From Lachnospirales bacterium (lineage in GTDB: Bacteria; Bacillota; Clostridia; Lachnospirales; CAMZNU01), in contig JBKEBX010000012.1 in NCBI GenBank assembly GCA_047973385.1, forward strand, positions 140,269-204,268: DNA of 64,000 bases, written 5' to 3'. How positions within the stretch are numbered: position 1 is the stretch's first letter; every line of letters starts with the position of its first letter. Under the pieces are notes generated by a model. It saw nothing but the letters and a program-made list of their open reading frames with translations. It was not told where the DNA came from and made no database searches. This document shows, one piece after another, positions 16,550 to 26,054 of this stretch. The translations under genes were made by a program, and so were the position numbers.

Positions 16550-18962
16550 TTTTTTTCCTTTCATCAAAACAGTGAGGCAAAGCTTCTGTAACTTTTGAAA
16601 CAAAAACAACTTCAATGTCTTTTGTGATATAATCTTCTAAATCATAAAAATGGCTTTTGTTTTTGGAAGGTATGAGGAACTTGTGTATCCCATAGTTTTT
16701 ACCGGCAAGTATTTTTTCTTTTAATCCACCGATAGGCAAAACATTACCTTTCATTGAGATTTCTCCAGTCATTGCAATATTTGCATTGACTTTGGAGTTT
16801 GACAAGATAGAGTACAATCCCATTGTGATGGCAAGTCCTGCAGATGGTCCATCTTTAGGTGTAGCACCTTCAGGAACGTGAATACTAACATCAATTTTAC
16901 TAAAGTCTATTTTTTGGAAACCAAAAGTTTTGGCATTAGACTTTAAATAAGCCATTGATATTCTTGCACTTTCTCCCATAACTTTTCCTATGTTACCTGT
17001 GAAATCAATTTTGCCGTTACCGTTAAATATAGCAAATTCCATAGGTAGAACTGTACCACCGTAAGAAGTGTATGCAAGGCCGTTTACAACTCCAACAGTT
17101 TTTGTTTTTATATTTATTGTTTTAAGTTCACGTTTTGCACCTAAATAATTTACAATATTGTTTTTGTTTATACTTACTTTAGTAAAATTTTCATTAGTAA
17201 GTTTTTCTAAAACCACTTTTCTACATATTTTTCCAATAGATTTTTCCAAGTTTCTTACACCTGCTTCTAAAGTGTAGTTTTCAACAATAGTAGTTATAGC
17301 TGTAAGTGGAATTGATAAGTCCTTATTTGTTAGATTATGTTTTTTAAGTAATTTAGGTATAAGGAAACTTTTTGCGATGTTTCGCTTTTCCTCAAGTGTA
17401 TATGTGTTAAGGTTTATTATTTCCATTCTGTCTAAAAGTGGAGCAGGTATTTTACTTTGGTTGTTTGCAGTACAAACAAATAGGCAATTTGATAAGTCAA
17501 AATCTAGTTCTAGGTACGTATCTCTAAAAGCAATATTTTGCTCTGGGTCAAGTACTTCAAGCATTGCACTTGAAGGGTCTCCTCTAAAATCGCTACTCAT
17601 TTTATCAATTTCATCAAACAATATAAGTGGGTTATTACTTTTAGCTTTAATTAGAGATGAAATAATTCTACCGTGAGTAGAACTAAGGTAAGTTCTTCTA
17701 TGTCCTCGTATTTCAGTTTCATCACGAATACCTCCTAGCGACAACCTAACATAGTTGCGATTTGTTGCTTTTGCGATACTTTTGGCAATAGATGTTTTTC
17801 CAACTCCAGGAGGTCCAACAAGACAAATTATAGTTGGTATATGTTCATTTGAAAATTGCTCAACGGCTAAATGTTCAAGTATACGTTCCTTGACTTTAAC
17901 AAGCCCAAAATGGTCAGAATTAAGTGTTTTTTCAGCATTTTTTATATTGTTATTAACTTTAGTAACCTGATGGTTACCCCAAGGAATACTTAAAGTTCTA
18001 TCAATGTAATCCTTTATATTACCAATTTCTTGAGAATTAGGTGGTAAGCTTTCTAAACGTGAAAACTCATTTTCTATTTTTTCCACTACATAATCAGGTG
18101 GGAGAATTTCAGCAAGTTTTTTACGGCATTCCTCTAAATATGCATTTATACTGGTGCTATCCCCGAGTTCTTCTTGAACTACTTTAAGCTTCTCTCGAAG
18201 CATATAGTTTCTTTGGGCTTCGTTCATAGATTTTTTAACTTTTTCCATTACTTCTTTTTCGATATTATGGTTAATATTTTGCATTTCTAAAAGTTCAAGG
18301 AAACAAGTTATTCTATCTAAAGCACTTTTGTTTTTTAAAAGCTTATTTTTTTCTTCTTTGCTAAAATTACTTTCTGTAATTAGAATATTCAAATATGTAT
18401 GAGAATTTTTAAAATTGTAAAAATTCGACACAACTTTTGCACCAATATTAAAATATTCATCGAAATTTACATTAAAGTTATCTGCACCAATACTTTTAAG
18501 CATACTTATATATGCTTTTTCTTTAACAGAATCTTTTGTAACAGGATATGATATTTCTGTAAATTTACATGATATGTAATTTCTTTTATTTACTAGCTCC
18601 AAAATTTTTGCAGCGTGTATGCAATATAACTCGAGTTTATAAGAGTTGTCCGACTCTTTACAAGTTAAAATTTTACATTTAACTCCAATATCGTAAAGAA
18701 GATGTAAATCTTTATTACTGTTAACTTTATTTTTATGATTTTTTTTAGTAACTAAGAAAATTTCTTTTAAACTAGATGTAGAGGCTAAAATAGAGTTTTT
18801 AGAAGACTCTTTATCTACGTCAATAGTTACAAAGGTACAAGGAAAAACAGTTATACTGTTAAGTTGTAACAGTGGTATAGAAGTATCGTTTTTATCTATA
18901 ATTTCAGGAATAATATAATTTTCTTTTGGAAAAATTTTATTTTGGTTATTTTTACTTTCCAT
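16536..18962 (-). CDS. lon: ATP-dependent Lon protease (LonA type)
   Basis: Walker A GPPGVGKTS, AAA+ core, the catalytic serine motif PKDGPSAG, and an N-terminal LON substrate-binding domain. It is 808 aa long. Confidence 0.93.
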   Translation of the reverse strand: MESKNNQNKIFPKENYIIPEIIDKNDTSIPLLQLNSITVFPCTFVTIDVDKESSKNSILASTSSLKEIFLVTKKNHKNKVNSNKDLHLLYDIGVKCKILTCKESDNSYKLELYCIHAAKILELVNKRNYISCKFTEISYPVTKDSVKEKAYISMLKSIGADNFNVNFDEYFNIGAKVVSNFYNFKNSHTYLNILITESNFSKEEKNKLLKNKSALDRITCFLELLEMQNINHNIEKEVMEKVKKSMNEAQRNYMLREKLKVVQEELGDSTSINAYLEECRKKLAEILPPDYVVEKIENEFSRLESLPPNSQEIGNIKDYIDRTLSIPWGNHQVTKVNNNIKNAEKTLNSDHFGLVKVKERILEHLAVEQFSNEHIPTIICLVGPPGVGKTSIAKSIAKATNRNYVRLSLGGIRDETEIRGHRRTYLSSTHGRIISSLIKAKSNNPLILFDEIDKMSSDFRGDPSSAMLEVLDPEQNIAFRDTYLELDFDLSNCLFVCTANNQSKIPAPLLDRMEIINLNTYTLEEKRNIAKSFLIPKLLKKHNLTNKDLSIPLTAITTIVENYTLEAGVRNLEKSIGKICRKVVLEKLTNENFTKVSINKNNIVNYLGAKRELKTINIKTKTVGVVNGLAYTSYGGTVLPMEFAIFNGNGKIDFTGNIGKVMGESARISMAYLKSNAKTFGFQKIDFSKIDVSIHVPEGATPKDGPSAGLAITMGLYSILSNSKVNANIAMTGEISMKGNVLPIGGLKEKILAGKNYGIHKFLIPSKNKSHFYDLEDYITKDIEVVFVSKVTEALPHCFDERKKNESK

Positions 18963-19027
18963 AACCTACCTCTTTCTATTTTTTATTATTTATTAAGTAA
19001 ATATCTAAAAAATCGCTTATTTTAATC

Positions 19028-19118
19028 TATCATAAAGTAATTTTCATAGAAAATTACAATAATCTTAATGTGTAGCTGTATTTTATGTAGCTACGCATTT
19101 AGTTTATTATATCATAAA
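19028..19118. repeat. 91-bp structured intergenic repeat, an inverted copy of 24152..24242
   Basis: The reverse complement matches 24152..24242 at 89/91 positions by hand alignment. It holds two hairpins, GTAGCT..AGCTAC and GTAATTTTC-nnn-GAAAATTAC, plus TTTATGATATAAT-like boxes. Confidence 0.75.
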
Positions 19119-19402
19119 TTAAACAATGGAGTTTTTAGAGGTGACATTAAGATTTAATATATAATTTAGTAGCTTTTAAACTATACTTTAGATATTTATT
19201 ATATAAAGCTACTTAAAATACTATGTAATATTGAAATGTTTGTATTTCAAGGTTACCATATACTATTTTAAATGTTTTTGTAGAAAAAAACAAGTAAAAC
19301 TTTTAAGAGTAAATTTTTGTATACATTTTTAAAAAAAATTATTGAATTAATAGTTTGTATGATGTATAATAATTATGGGGATAAAAGTTACTAATTGAAG
19401 AG

Positions 19403-19801
19403 GTGTATATGTATAGAAAGTTTTTTATTTTTATAATTGTGTGTATAATGATTGTTACTTTTTTTATGATAAATAAAGAGTTTAGATTTTTTACCCTTGT
19501 AACAGATAATGATGATAGGTTAGTTTCTTCTTTCGCTGCATTTAATGGAGTTGAAAAAAGAGAGGTTTATGTTCCAAAGGATAATGTTTTAAATATATAT
19601 AGTGATGTTACTATAAGTAAAGGCGATGTTGATATTGCCGTTTACAATGAAAAAGGTAAAGAAATCACGAGAATTGGGGAAGGTATAGATGTAACATCTA
19701 TTCGTTCAGGTGTAGACCAAAATATTACAATATCTATTGAAGCTAAGTGGGCTACTGGTGATTTTGATGTGTATTGGAAAGTAAGTGAAGATGTTAACTA
19801 A
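19403..19801 (+). CDS. Hypothetical membrane-anchored protein (132 aa)
   Basis: N-terminal hydrophobic helix FFIFIIVCIMIVTFFMI. An upstream promoter-like TTGAAT-17-TATAAT is present, and a strong terminator follows. Confidence 0.55.
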   Translation: MYMYRKFFIFIIVCIMIVTFFMINKEFRFFTLVTDNDDRLVSSFAAFNGVEKREVYVPKDNVLNIYSDVTISKGDVDIAVYNEKGKEITRIGEGIDVTSIRSGVDQNITISIEAKWATGDFDVYWKVSEDVN

Positions 19802-19829
19802 AAAAAGCTAGTGCGTACTAGCTTTTTTT
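19801..19829. terminator. Bidirectional intrinsic terminator
   Basis: AAAAAAGCTAGT-gcgt-ACTAGCTTTTTTT sits directly after the 19403..19801 stop. It is also correctly placed for the convergent small ORF. Confidence 0.75.
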
Positions 19830-19892
19830 AGTTACATTATAAGAGAAGTTTAAAATCTTAAATGAATTTTTTACAAGGTATGGAAATATGTT

Positions 19893-20027
19893 TTAGAAAA
19901 TATCGTTTACTTTATTTTTTATTTTCTTAGCACTTTTCATAGCTTTCTTTTTATTTTTTCTTACAACTGCATATGTTGTAACACCAAGAGTTAAAGCTCC
20001 CATCATTGCACGTCTTTGCATATCCAT
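19893..20027 (-). CDS. Unlisted small ORF, 44 aa, a basic single-helix membrane peptide (MDMQRRAMMGALTLGVTTYAVVRKNKKKAMKSAKKIKNKVNDIF)
   Basis: Hand translation. A strong RBS, AGGTGGTGA, lies 5 nt upstream of the ATG. The ORF ends before the shared terminator and is below the 60-aa cut-off of the ORF track. Confidence 0.4.
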   Translation of the reverse strand: MDMQRRAMMGALTLGVTTYAVVRKNKKKAMKSAKKIKNKVNDIF

Positions 20028-20274
20028 AACTATCACCACCTATACTATTTGTTTTTGGTATATTGTTAAATTTTAAAGGAAAAATAAGGTACAGTTTTAA
20101 AGATAAGTAATACAGTACCAAAAATTACAAGAAATAAATTTGTGCAATCTTAAAAAAATCAAGTTTTTCAAAACAATTGATTTAAACTATATTGCTTTTA
20201 TAACTTGTAATATGTATTTTGTACAAAAAAATAAATTTTTATACAAAAATACTTTTTTAAATGTTGCAAAAGTA

Positions 20275-20318
20275 AAAAAGACTGTAAAAATCGCATTAGC
20301 GATTTTTACAGTCTTTTT
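20275..20318. terminator. Perfect 20-bp stem hairpin, probable terminator of the trkH-trkA-trmH-ppiB transcription unit
   Basis: AAAAAGACTGTAAAAATCGC-atta-GCGATTTTTACAGTCTTTTT. Confidence 0.7.
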
Positions 20319-20330
20319 CGAAAATAAATA

Positions 20331-20458
20331 GGCAACGTTGCAAAATTCGTTTTACCGAGGACATTAGCGTAAAACACATCTTTTTGTGTATTTATATATA
20401 CATGGCAAAGCTATACTTTAAGCCGTTCCTATAAAAATGAAAATTTTGAAACGTCTTG
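20331..20458. repeat. ~128-bp element with the same terminal motif as E4/E2 (GGCAACGTTGCAAAAT ... AATTTTGAAACGTCTTG); MITE-like family copy E3
   Basis: Terminal inverted repeats found by hand alignment. It lies between the ppiB stop and its terminator hairpin. Confidence 0.45.
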
Positions 20459-20507
20459 AATTTGTATTGCAAATTTTGGCATAATTGCACTTTGTTGATG
20501 ATACCAA

Positions 20508-21026
20508 TTACATAATTTCTGGTTCTTGGAGTTCATCATCAATTTGAGTAATTGTAACTTCTTCCATTACTATATCTTCTAAAGGTCTATCTTGCATACC
20601 TGTTTCACAAGTAGCAATTTCATCAACAACATTCATGCCCTCAATAACTTTACCAAAAGCGGAATATTCTCCGTCTAAATGAGGTGAATCTTTGTGCATA
20701 ACAAAAAATTGTGAACCTGCTGAGTTATATGCTTGTGAACGTGCCATTGAAAGAACGCCTGCTGTATGTTTTAAATCATTATCAAAGCCATTTGACAAGA
20801 ATTCCCCTTTAATTGCATAACCAGGGCCTCCCATACCAGTGCCATTTGGACAGCCACCTTGTATCATAAAGTTTTCGATAACTCTATGGAAGATTAAGCC
20901 ATCATAAAAACCATTATCTACGAGAGATAAGAAATTGTTAACAGTATTTGGTGCGATTTCTGGATAGAGTTCAACAACAAAGGATTTACCGTTACTTAAA
21001 TAGAATGTTACTTGTGGATTGCTCAT
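20508..21026 (-). CDS. ppiB: Peptidyl-prolyl cis-trans isomerase, cyclophilin type
   Basis: Contains FHRVIENFMIQGG, SMARSQAYNSAGSQFF and FGKVIEGM. Confidence 0.92.
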   Translation of the reverse strand: MSNPQVTFYLSNGKSFVVELYPEIAPNTVNNFLSLVDNGFYDGLIFHRVIENFMIQGGCPNGTGMGGPGYAIKGEFLSNGFDNDLKHTAGVLSMARSQAYNSAGSQFFVMHKDSPHLDGEYSAFGKVIEGMNVVDEIATCETGMQDRPLEDIVMEEVTITQIDDELQEPEIM

Positions 21027-21037
21027 ATAAATCTCCT

Positions 21038-21868
21038 TTATTTATGGTCAAAAGACCTTTTTTGACGTAAAATTTCATATATCATAATACTACCGGCTAC
21101 GCTTACATTTAAACTTTCAGCATTACCTATAATAGGTATTTTTATAAGTTCATCAACAAGAGTTACTGTGTCCATATCTAAGCCATTGCCTTCGTTTCCG
21201 AGAAGTAGGGCAGATTTATCAGAATATGTAACAGTATCATAAAAATTGTCTGTATGTAAATATGTACCATATGTAGTAATAGAATATTTTTTAAAAATAT
21301 TAATTAAATCTTTAGTGTCTTTATAAGTATAGCAAGGAATGTTTAAAATTGAACCTGCCGTACTTCTTATAGATTTTGGGCTAAATGGGTCAGTTGAGTT
21401 GCCTGTAAATATACATATATCAAAACCACCTGAATCTGCAGTTCTTATGAGTGTACCTGCATTTCCAGGGTCCTGTATATTTTCACAAACTAAAATAGAA
21501 ATATTTTTATAATCTTTATATTGATTTAAAATATTGTCCATATCAACGTTAAGTGAGTTAAACTCAAAAACACACATTACTCCTTGAGGTGTCTTAGTAT
21601 CAGAAATACTTTTATAAATTTCTTCGGACACAACTAAAATTTCCATAGTTAAATTCTGAAAAGTTTTAAGTAAATTTTCATTAGAGTTTATGTTATCAAG
21701 GGCTTGTTCAGTAAGTATAAGATACTTAGGGTTGTATAGTTTACTATAATTTATAAATCGGTAGCCCTCTATAATAAATAAGCTTTCTTTTATACGGCCT
21801 TTTTTTGTTTCAAGGGAACGGATAAGTTTAAGAGTCTTATTCTCCTTGCTCGTCACTGTTTTCAGCAT
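21038..21868 (-). CDS. TrmH/SpoU-family RNA 2'-O-methyltransferase
   Basis: The SpoU C-terminal motifs are LLLGNEGNGL and IPIIGNAESLNVSVAGSIMIYE. Start at ATG 21868 after GGGGAG; the listed TTG 21883 is an alternative. Confidence 0.85.
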   Translation of the reverse strand: MLKTVTSKENKTLKLIRSLETKKGRIKESLFIIEGYRFINYSKLYNPKYLILTEQALDNINSNENLLKTFQNLTMEILVVSEEIYKSISDTKTPQGVMCVFEFNSLNVDMDNILNQYKDYKNISILVCENIQDPGNAGTLIRTADSGGFDICIFTGNSTDPFSPKSIRSTAGSILNIPCYTYKDTKDLINIFKKYSITTYGTYLHTDNFYDTVTYSDKSALLLGNEGNGLDMDTVTLVDELIKIPIIGNAESLNVSVAGSIMIYEILRQKRSFDHK

Positions 21869-22526
21869 CGTATATCTCCCCAACTTTGTTAATGCTAGAG
21901 TTACTAGCCACTACAAGTAGAACATCATCTTTTTCGATAACTTCTGTTGCTGCAGGTGAAATAATAAGTTTTTTACCACGCTTAATAACGATTACATTTA
22001 TATTGTACTCATTTCTAAGGTCTGTATCAATTAAATTTTTTCCAACCCATTTACTTATAGGGGAAATTTCAGCAATTGTGTAATTCTCTGATAAGTTTAT
22101 GTATTCAACAACATTTTGGTTAAGTAATGATTGTGCTACTTTTGTACCCATTTCACGTTCAGGGGAAACAATTCTGTCTGCACCAACTTTTTTAAGTATA
22201 GTTTCATGAGTTTTGTTTTTTGCCTTAACAATTACTTGGCGTACACCTGCTTCTTTAGCAGACATTGTAGCCATAATCGTTGCCTCCATATCAGAAGCAG
22301 CAGCTATTATAACACAATCGAAGTTGTTAAGTCCAAGTGCGTTAAGTGTAGATTCGTCGCTTATATCGGCACGAACTACATGAGTTGCCACGTTAGATAG
22401 TTTCTGTACAATTTCAGGATTTTTATCACAAGCTAGAACATCTTTGCCATTTTCAGCAAGAGCATGTACGATACTTTCTCCAAATCTCCCAAGTCCAAGA
22501 ACTGCATATTGTTTGTTATTTGCCAT
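21837..22526 (-). CDS. trkA: Potassium uptake protein, NAD-binding subunit TrkA/KtrA
   Basis: Rossmann motif YAVLGLGRFGESI and a C-terminal RCK_C domain. It is adjacent to trkH. Confidence 0.9.
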   Translation of the reverse strand: MANNKQYAVLGLGRFGESIVHALAENGKDVLACDKNPEIVQKLSNVATHVVRADISDESTLNALGLNNFDCVIIAAASDMEATIMATMSAKEAGVRQVIVKAKNKTHETILKKVGADRIVSPEREMGTKVAQSLLNQNVVEYINLSENYTIAEISPISKWVGKNLIDTDLRNEYNINVIVIKRGKKLIISPAATEVIEKDDVLLVVASNSSINKVGEIYDAENSDEQGE

Positions 22527-22539
22527 AAAAAATTCCTTC

Positions 22540-23937
22540 CTAACCTACAAGTACATTTTCTTCTAGGTATTCCAATGAGTTATTTGTTTCTGTCATTTTA
22601 GCAGTTAAAGCTACACCAACAGAAATTGGACCAAGACGTCCTAAAAACATACAAATTATAATAATAATACGACTTAAAGTACTAAGGCTAGAAGTAAGAC
22701 CAGTTGAAAGACCAACTGTTCCTATTGCCGAAGCAACTTCAAAGGAAATATCAATAAATGAAAATCCTGATTCTTTTTCTATAACAAGTAGTAAAAAAGT
22801 TGCAAGGAAAAATACAATAATATAAATAGTTGTAACAGAAAGTGCTTTTCTAACTAAAGATGAAGGTATAGTTCTGTTAAAAACAATAGTTCTGCTTTGA
22901 CCTCGTATTACAGATACAACTGTAAGGATTACAATAGCTAGTGTAACAGTTTTAAGACCACCTGCAGTACCTCCAGGACTTCCTCCTATAATCATAAAGA
23001 ATATAGATACGAGTTTTGATGCGTCCGTTAAACCTCCCATAGATATTGTGTTAAAACCTGCTGTTCTAAGGGAAACAGAGTGGAATAGGGAAGTTAGGAT
23101 TTTACTACCAAAACTTAGATTTCCAATTGTTAAATCATTAGTATATTCTATTATAAAGAAGGCTACCCAACCAACTAAAATTAAAACGATTGATGCGTTA
23201 ATAGCTATTTTTGAGTGTAAAGTTAGTTTTTGGTATTTTTCTTTTAAAGTAGCTTTTTTGTTTTTAAACTTAAATTTTCTAACTCTGTTTACGTCTAACC
23301 AAAGTGCAAAACCTGCACCACCTGAAATTATAAGGAACATTAACACTAAATTTACAAGTAAGTGGTTATAGTATGGAGTTAAACTACTATCTCCTAAAAT
23401 ATCAAAACCTGCATTACAAAAAGCTGAAACAGCATGGAATATACCCATAAACAAACTTGTTCCAAAACTAACATCAAGGTCAATATAAAAAACAATTGTA
23501 AAAATTATAGCGGCAATACCTTCGAATATGAATGTACCTTTAATAGCTTTTGTTACAAGTTTTACCATTCCGTGAAAAGTTGGTTGGTTTAAGCTTTCTT
23601 GTATAACTAATCTTGATTTTAAAGAAACTTTTTTTCTGAAAACAAGATAAAACATTGTTATAATTGCCATAAATCCAAGACCACCGATTTGGATTAATAT
23701 AAGTATGACTACTTTTCCAAAAAAACTCCAGTGAGCAAGGGTGTTAACAACAACAAGACCTGTAACGCATACTGCTGAAGTTGAAGTGAACAGTGCTGTT
23801 AAAAAATCAGTTGGAGTACCTGCTTTACTTGAAACAGGAAGCATCAAAAGAATTGTTCCTAAAAAAATAATAGTTAGGAAACCTGTTATAATTATTTGTG
23901 TCGGTGTTGCATTTTTATAAATTTTTATGATATTCAT
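22540..23937 (-). CDS. trkH: Potassium transporter membrane subunit TrkH/KtrB
   Basis: Polytopic protein with repeated selectivity-filter-like segments (TAGFNT, CNAGFD, VGLSTG). Confidence 0.9.
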   Translation of the reverse strand: MNIIKIYKNATPTQIIITGFLTIIFLGTILLMLPVSSKAGTPTDFLTALFTSTSAVCVTGLVVVNTLAHWSFFGKVVILILIQIGGLGFMAIITMFYLVFRKKVSLKSRLVIQESLNQPTFHGMVKLVTKAIKGTFIFEGIAAIIFTIVFYIDLDVSFGTSLFMGIFHAVSAFCNAGFDILGDSSLTPYYNHLLVNLVLMFLIISGGAGFALWLDVNRVRKFKFKNKKATLKEKYQKLTLHSKIAINASIVLILVGWVAFFIIEYTNDLTIGNLSFGSKILTSLFHSVSLRTAGFNTISMGGLTDASKLVSIFFMIIGGSPGGTAGGLKTVTLAIVILTVVSVIRGQSRTIVFNRTIPSSLVRKALSVTTIYIIVFFLATFLLLVIEKESGFSFIDISFEVASAIGTVGLSTGLTSSLSTLSRIIIIICMFLGRLGPISVGVALTAKMTETNNSLEYLEENVLVG

Positions 23938-24091
23938 ATTTGCACCTTTTAATTTTCCTTTTATTCAAAATAATTATATCATAGAGGCTTTTTAAAAACA
24001 ACTATATTTTTATATATTTTAAACGTTTTTATATTTTTTGCAAGAAAAAAAGATTTGTAATATTTTTTGTAAGATGTTATAATAACCTAAA

Positions 24092-24246
24092 GTCGTAGCC
24101 ATGTATACGAGGCTACACATTAAGATTATTGTAATTTTTAAAGAAAATTACTTTATGATATAATAAACTAAATGCGTAGCTACATAAAATACAGCTACAC
24201 ATTAAGATTATTGTAATTTTCAAAGAAAATTACTTTATGATATAAT
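24092..24246. repeat. Two tandem copies (24092..24164 and 24165..24246) of the two-hairpin repeat unit, immediately upstream of lysA
   Basis: Each unit has hairpin 1 (GTAGCC..GGCTAC or GTAGCT..AGCTAC), then ACATTAAGATTATT, then hairpin 2 (GTAATTTTY-aaa-GAAAATTAC), then TTTATGATATAAT. A compensatory change is visible in the stem of hairpin 1. Confidence 0.75.
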
Positions 24247-24274
24247 ATTTATAAGCAATTAAGAGGAGTATAGT

Positions 24275-25537
24275 ATGGAGAAATTATCAAAGGAAATGAA
24301 TTTTTTTAAGAATAATAATGCGAATGAACTTATGGAGAAATATGGTTCTCCATTGTATGTATATAGTGAAGATATACTGCTTGAAAGAACTAGGGAAATA
24401 AAGCAACTTGTTGATTATGATAACTTTGTTGTAAATTATAGTGCTAAGGCAAATACAAGTCTTGGTATTTTACAGATAATTGAAAAAGAAGGCTTACACG
24501 TTGATGCTATGAGTCCAGGAGAAATTTTTGTTGAAATGGAAGCAGGTTTTACAAGTGATAGGATTTTTTATATAAGTAACAATGTAAATGAAGATGAATT
24601 GATTTTTGCTCTTGAAAAAGGCGTAATAGTAAGTATAGATAGTTTATCACAACTTGAAATGATAGGTAACATCCATAAGAAAGCTTTAGTTAAAGGTTTT
24701 GACGGTGGAGTTTGTGTTAGATTTAATAGTGGCGTTGGTGCAGGTCATCACGAAAAAGTTGTTACAGGTGGTAAAAAGACTAAATTTGGTATTAATAGCG
24801 AGTATCTTGAAGATGTAAAAACAATTGCTAAGGAATATGATTTGAAAATAATCGGTATAAATCAACATATTGGCTCTTTGTTTATGGACGGTGAAAGCTA
24901 TATTCAAGGTGCTAAAAATATGATTGACCTTGCGAAAGAATTTCCTTTAATTAAATTTGTGGATTTAGGTGGAGGCTTTGGTATTCCATATAATAGAAAA
25001 CATGGTGAAAAGGCTTTAGATTTAAAAGAACTTGGAGAAATACTCTCAAAATACATAAATGACTTTACAAAAGAACTGGGTAGAGAAATAATCTTTAAAG
25101 TAGAGCCGGGACGTTACATAGCTTGTGAATGTGGTGTTATACTTGGAAAGGTAACTTCCATAAAAGAAAATAGTGGAGTTAAGTATGTTGGTTGCGATAT
25201 AGGATTTAACGTGCTTCAAAGACCTGTTATGTATGATAGTTACCATGAAATTGAAATTGACAGTCAAGACGGTGAACTTGAAAAAGTTACCGTAGTAGGA
25301 AACATTTGCGAGAGTGGTGATGTTTTAGGCAAAGATAGAATATTGCCAAAGGCAAGTGTTGGCGATGTTGTAACAGTTTATGATGCAGGTGCTTATGGAT
25401 ATACTATGGCGTCAAATTACAACCAAAGATTACGTCCTGCTGAAGTGCTTATACGTTCGAATGGTGAAGTTGTTTTACTTAGAAAAAGGGATTCTTTTGA
25501 GAGTTTAATAGAAAATCAGTTTAAAATTAATGTATAA
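24275..25537 (+). CDS. lysA: Diaminopimelate decarboxylase
   Basis: PLP-dependent Orn/DAP/Arg decarboxylase pattern: YSAKAN, DLGGGFGIPY, EPGRY, CESGD. It is 420 aa long. Confidence 0.92.
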   Translation: MEKLSKEMNFFKNNNANELMEKYGSPLYVYSEDILLERTREIKQLVDYDNFVVNYSAKANTSLGILQIIEKEGLHVDAMSPGEIFVEMEAGFTSDRIFYISNNVNEDELIFALEKGVIVSIDSLSQLEMIGNIHKKALVKGFDGGVCVRFNSGVGAGHHEKVVTGGKKTKFGINSEYLEDVKTIAKEYDLKIIGINQHIGSLFMDGESYIQGAKNMIDLAKEFPLIKFVDLGGGFGIPYNRKHGEKALDLKELGEILSKYINDFTKELGREIIFKVEPGRYIACECGVILGKVTSIKENSGVKYVGCDIGFNVLQRPVMYDSYHEIEIDSQDGELEKVTVVGNICESGDVLGKDRILPKASVGDVVTVYDAGAYGYTMASNYNQRLRPAEVLIRSNGEVVLLRKRDSFESLIENQFKINV

Positions 25538-25558
25538 ACGTATTGAAGGTGCTGATAA

Positions 25559-26041
25559 ATGATAGAAAAAATAGTACTGCACAAATTAAATAGTATTTTG
25601 TCTAAAATTAAAGTAGCTACGCCTTCAGATGTAGATATTGTCACGAAAATTATGATAAAGTTATACGAGGGTACGGATTTTAATTTATTATATAGAGAAA
25701 ATAGAGAATTACTATCTGATAAAAAACAAAGAGTTTTTTTATGTGCAGATGAAGAAGATGTGATAATTGGATTTGCTCATTGTTCTATGCGTTATGAATA
25801 TGTTGAGGGAACAAGTGATGGCGTGAAAGGCTATTTAGAAGGAATATATGTTGAAAAAGAGTATAGAAGTCAAGGCATAGGCAAAGCTCTTGTCGATAAT
25901 TGTAAGTTTTGGTGCAAGGAAAATGGTGCGAAGGAGTTTGCAAGTGACTGTGAAATTAACAATGTTGAAAGTTATAAGTTTCATATGGAACTAGGATTTG
26001 AAGTGGCAAATAAAATTATTTGTTTTAAACAGACAATATAG
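25559..26041 (+). CDS. GNAT-family N-acetyltransferase (AAC(6')-like)
   Basis: Acetyl-CoA motif YVEKEYRSQGIGKALVD and a C-terminal FHMELGFE. Confidence 0.75.
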   Translation: MIEKIVLHKLNSILSKIKVATPSDVDIVTKIMIKLYEGTDFNLLYRENRELLSDKKQRVFLCADEEDVIIGFAHCSMRYEYVEGTSDGVKGYLEGIYVEKEYRSQGIGKALVDNCKFWCKENGAKEFASDCEINNVESYKFHMELGFEVANKIICFKQTI

Positions 26042-26054
26042 AAATGAGTTATTT

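Noticed and set aside
20140-20331. 63-aa ORF in the ppiB-distal spacer
   Set aside because: Its product is a low-complexity Lys/Phe/Asn peptide, and the ORF runs straight through the 20-bp terminator hairpin. No RBS is present.
23938-24274. A c-di-AMP (ydaO-type) riboswitch upstream of trkH, or a lysine (L-box) riboswitch upstream of lysA
   Set aside because: The region is almost pure AT apart from the two-hairpin repeats. It lacks the GC-containing conserved cores of either riboswitch class as far as I can judge by eye. A covariance-model scan would be the decisive test.
25559-26041. Calling the GNAT gene an aminoglycoside resistance determinant
   Set aside because: Only general AAC(6')-like GNAT similarity is visible. 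There is no mobile context, and substrate specificity cannot be inferred from the motifs.
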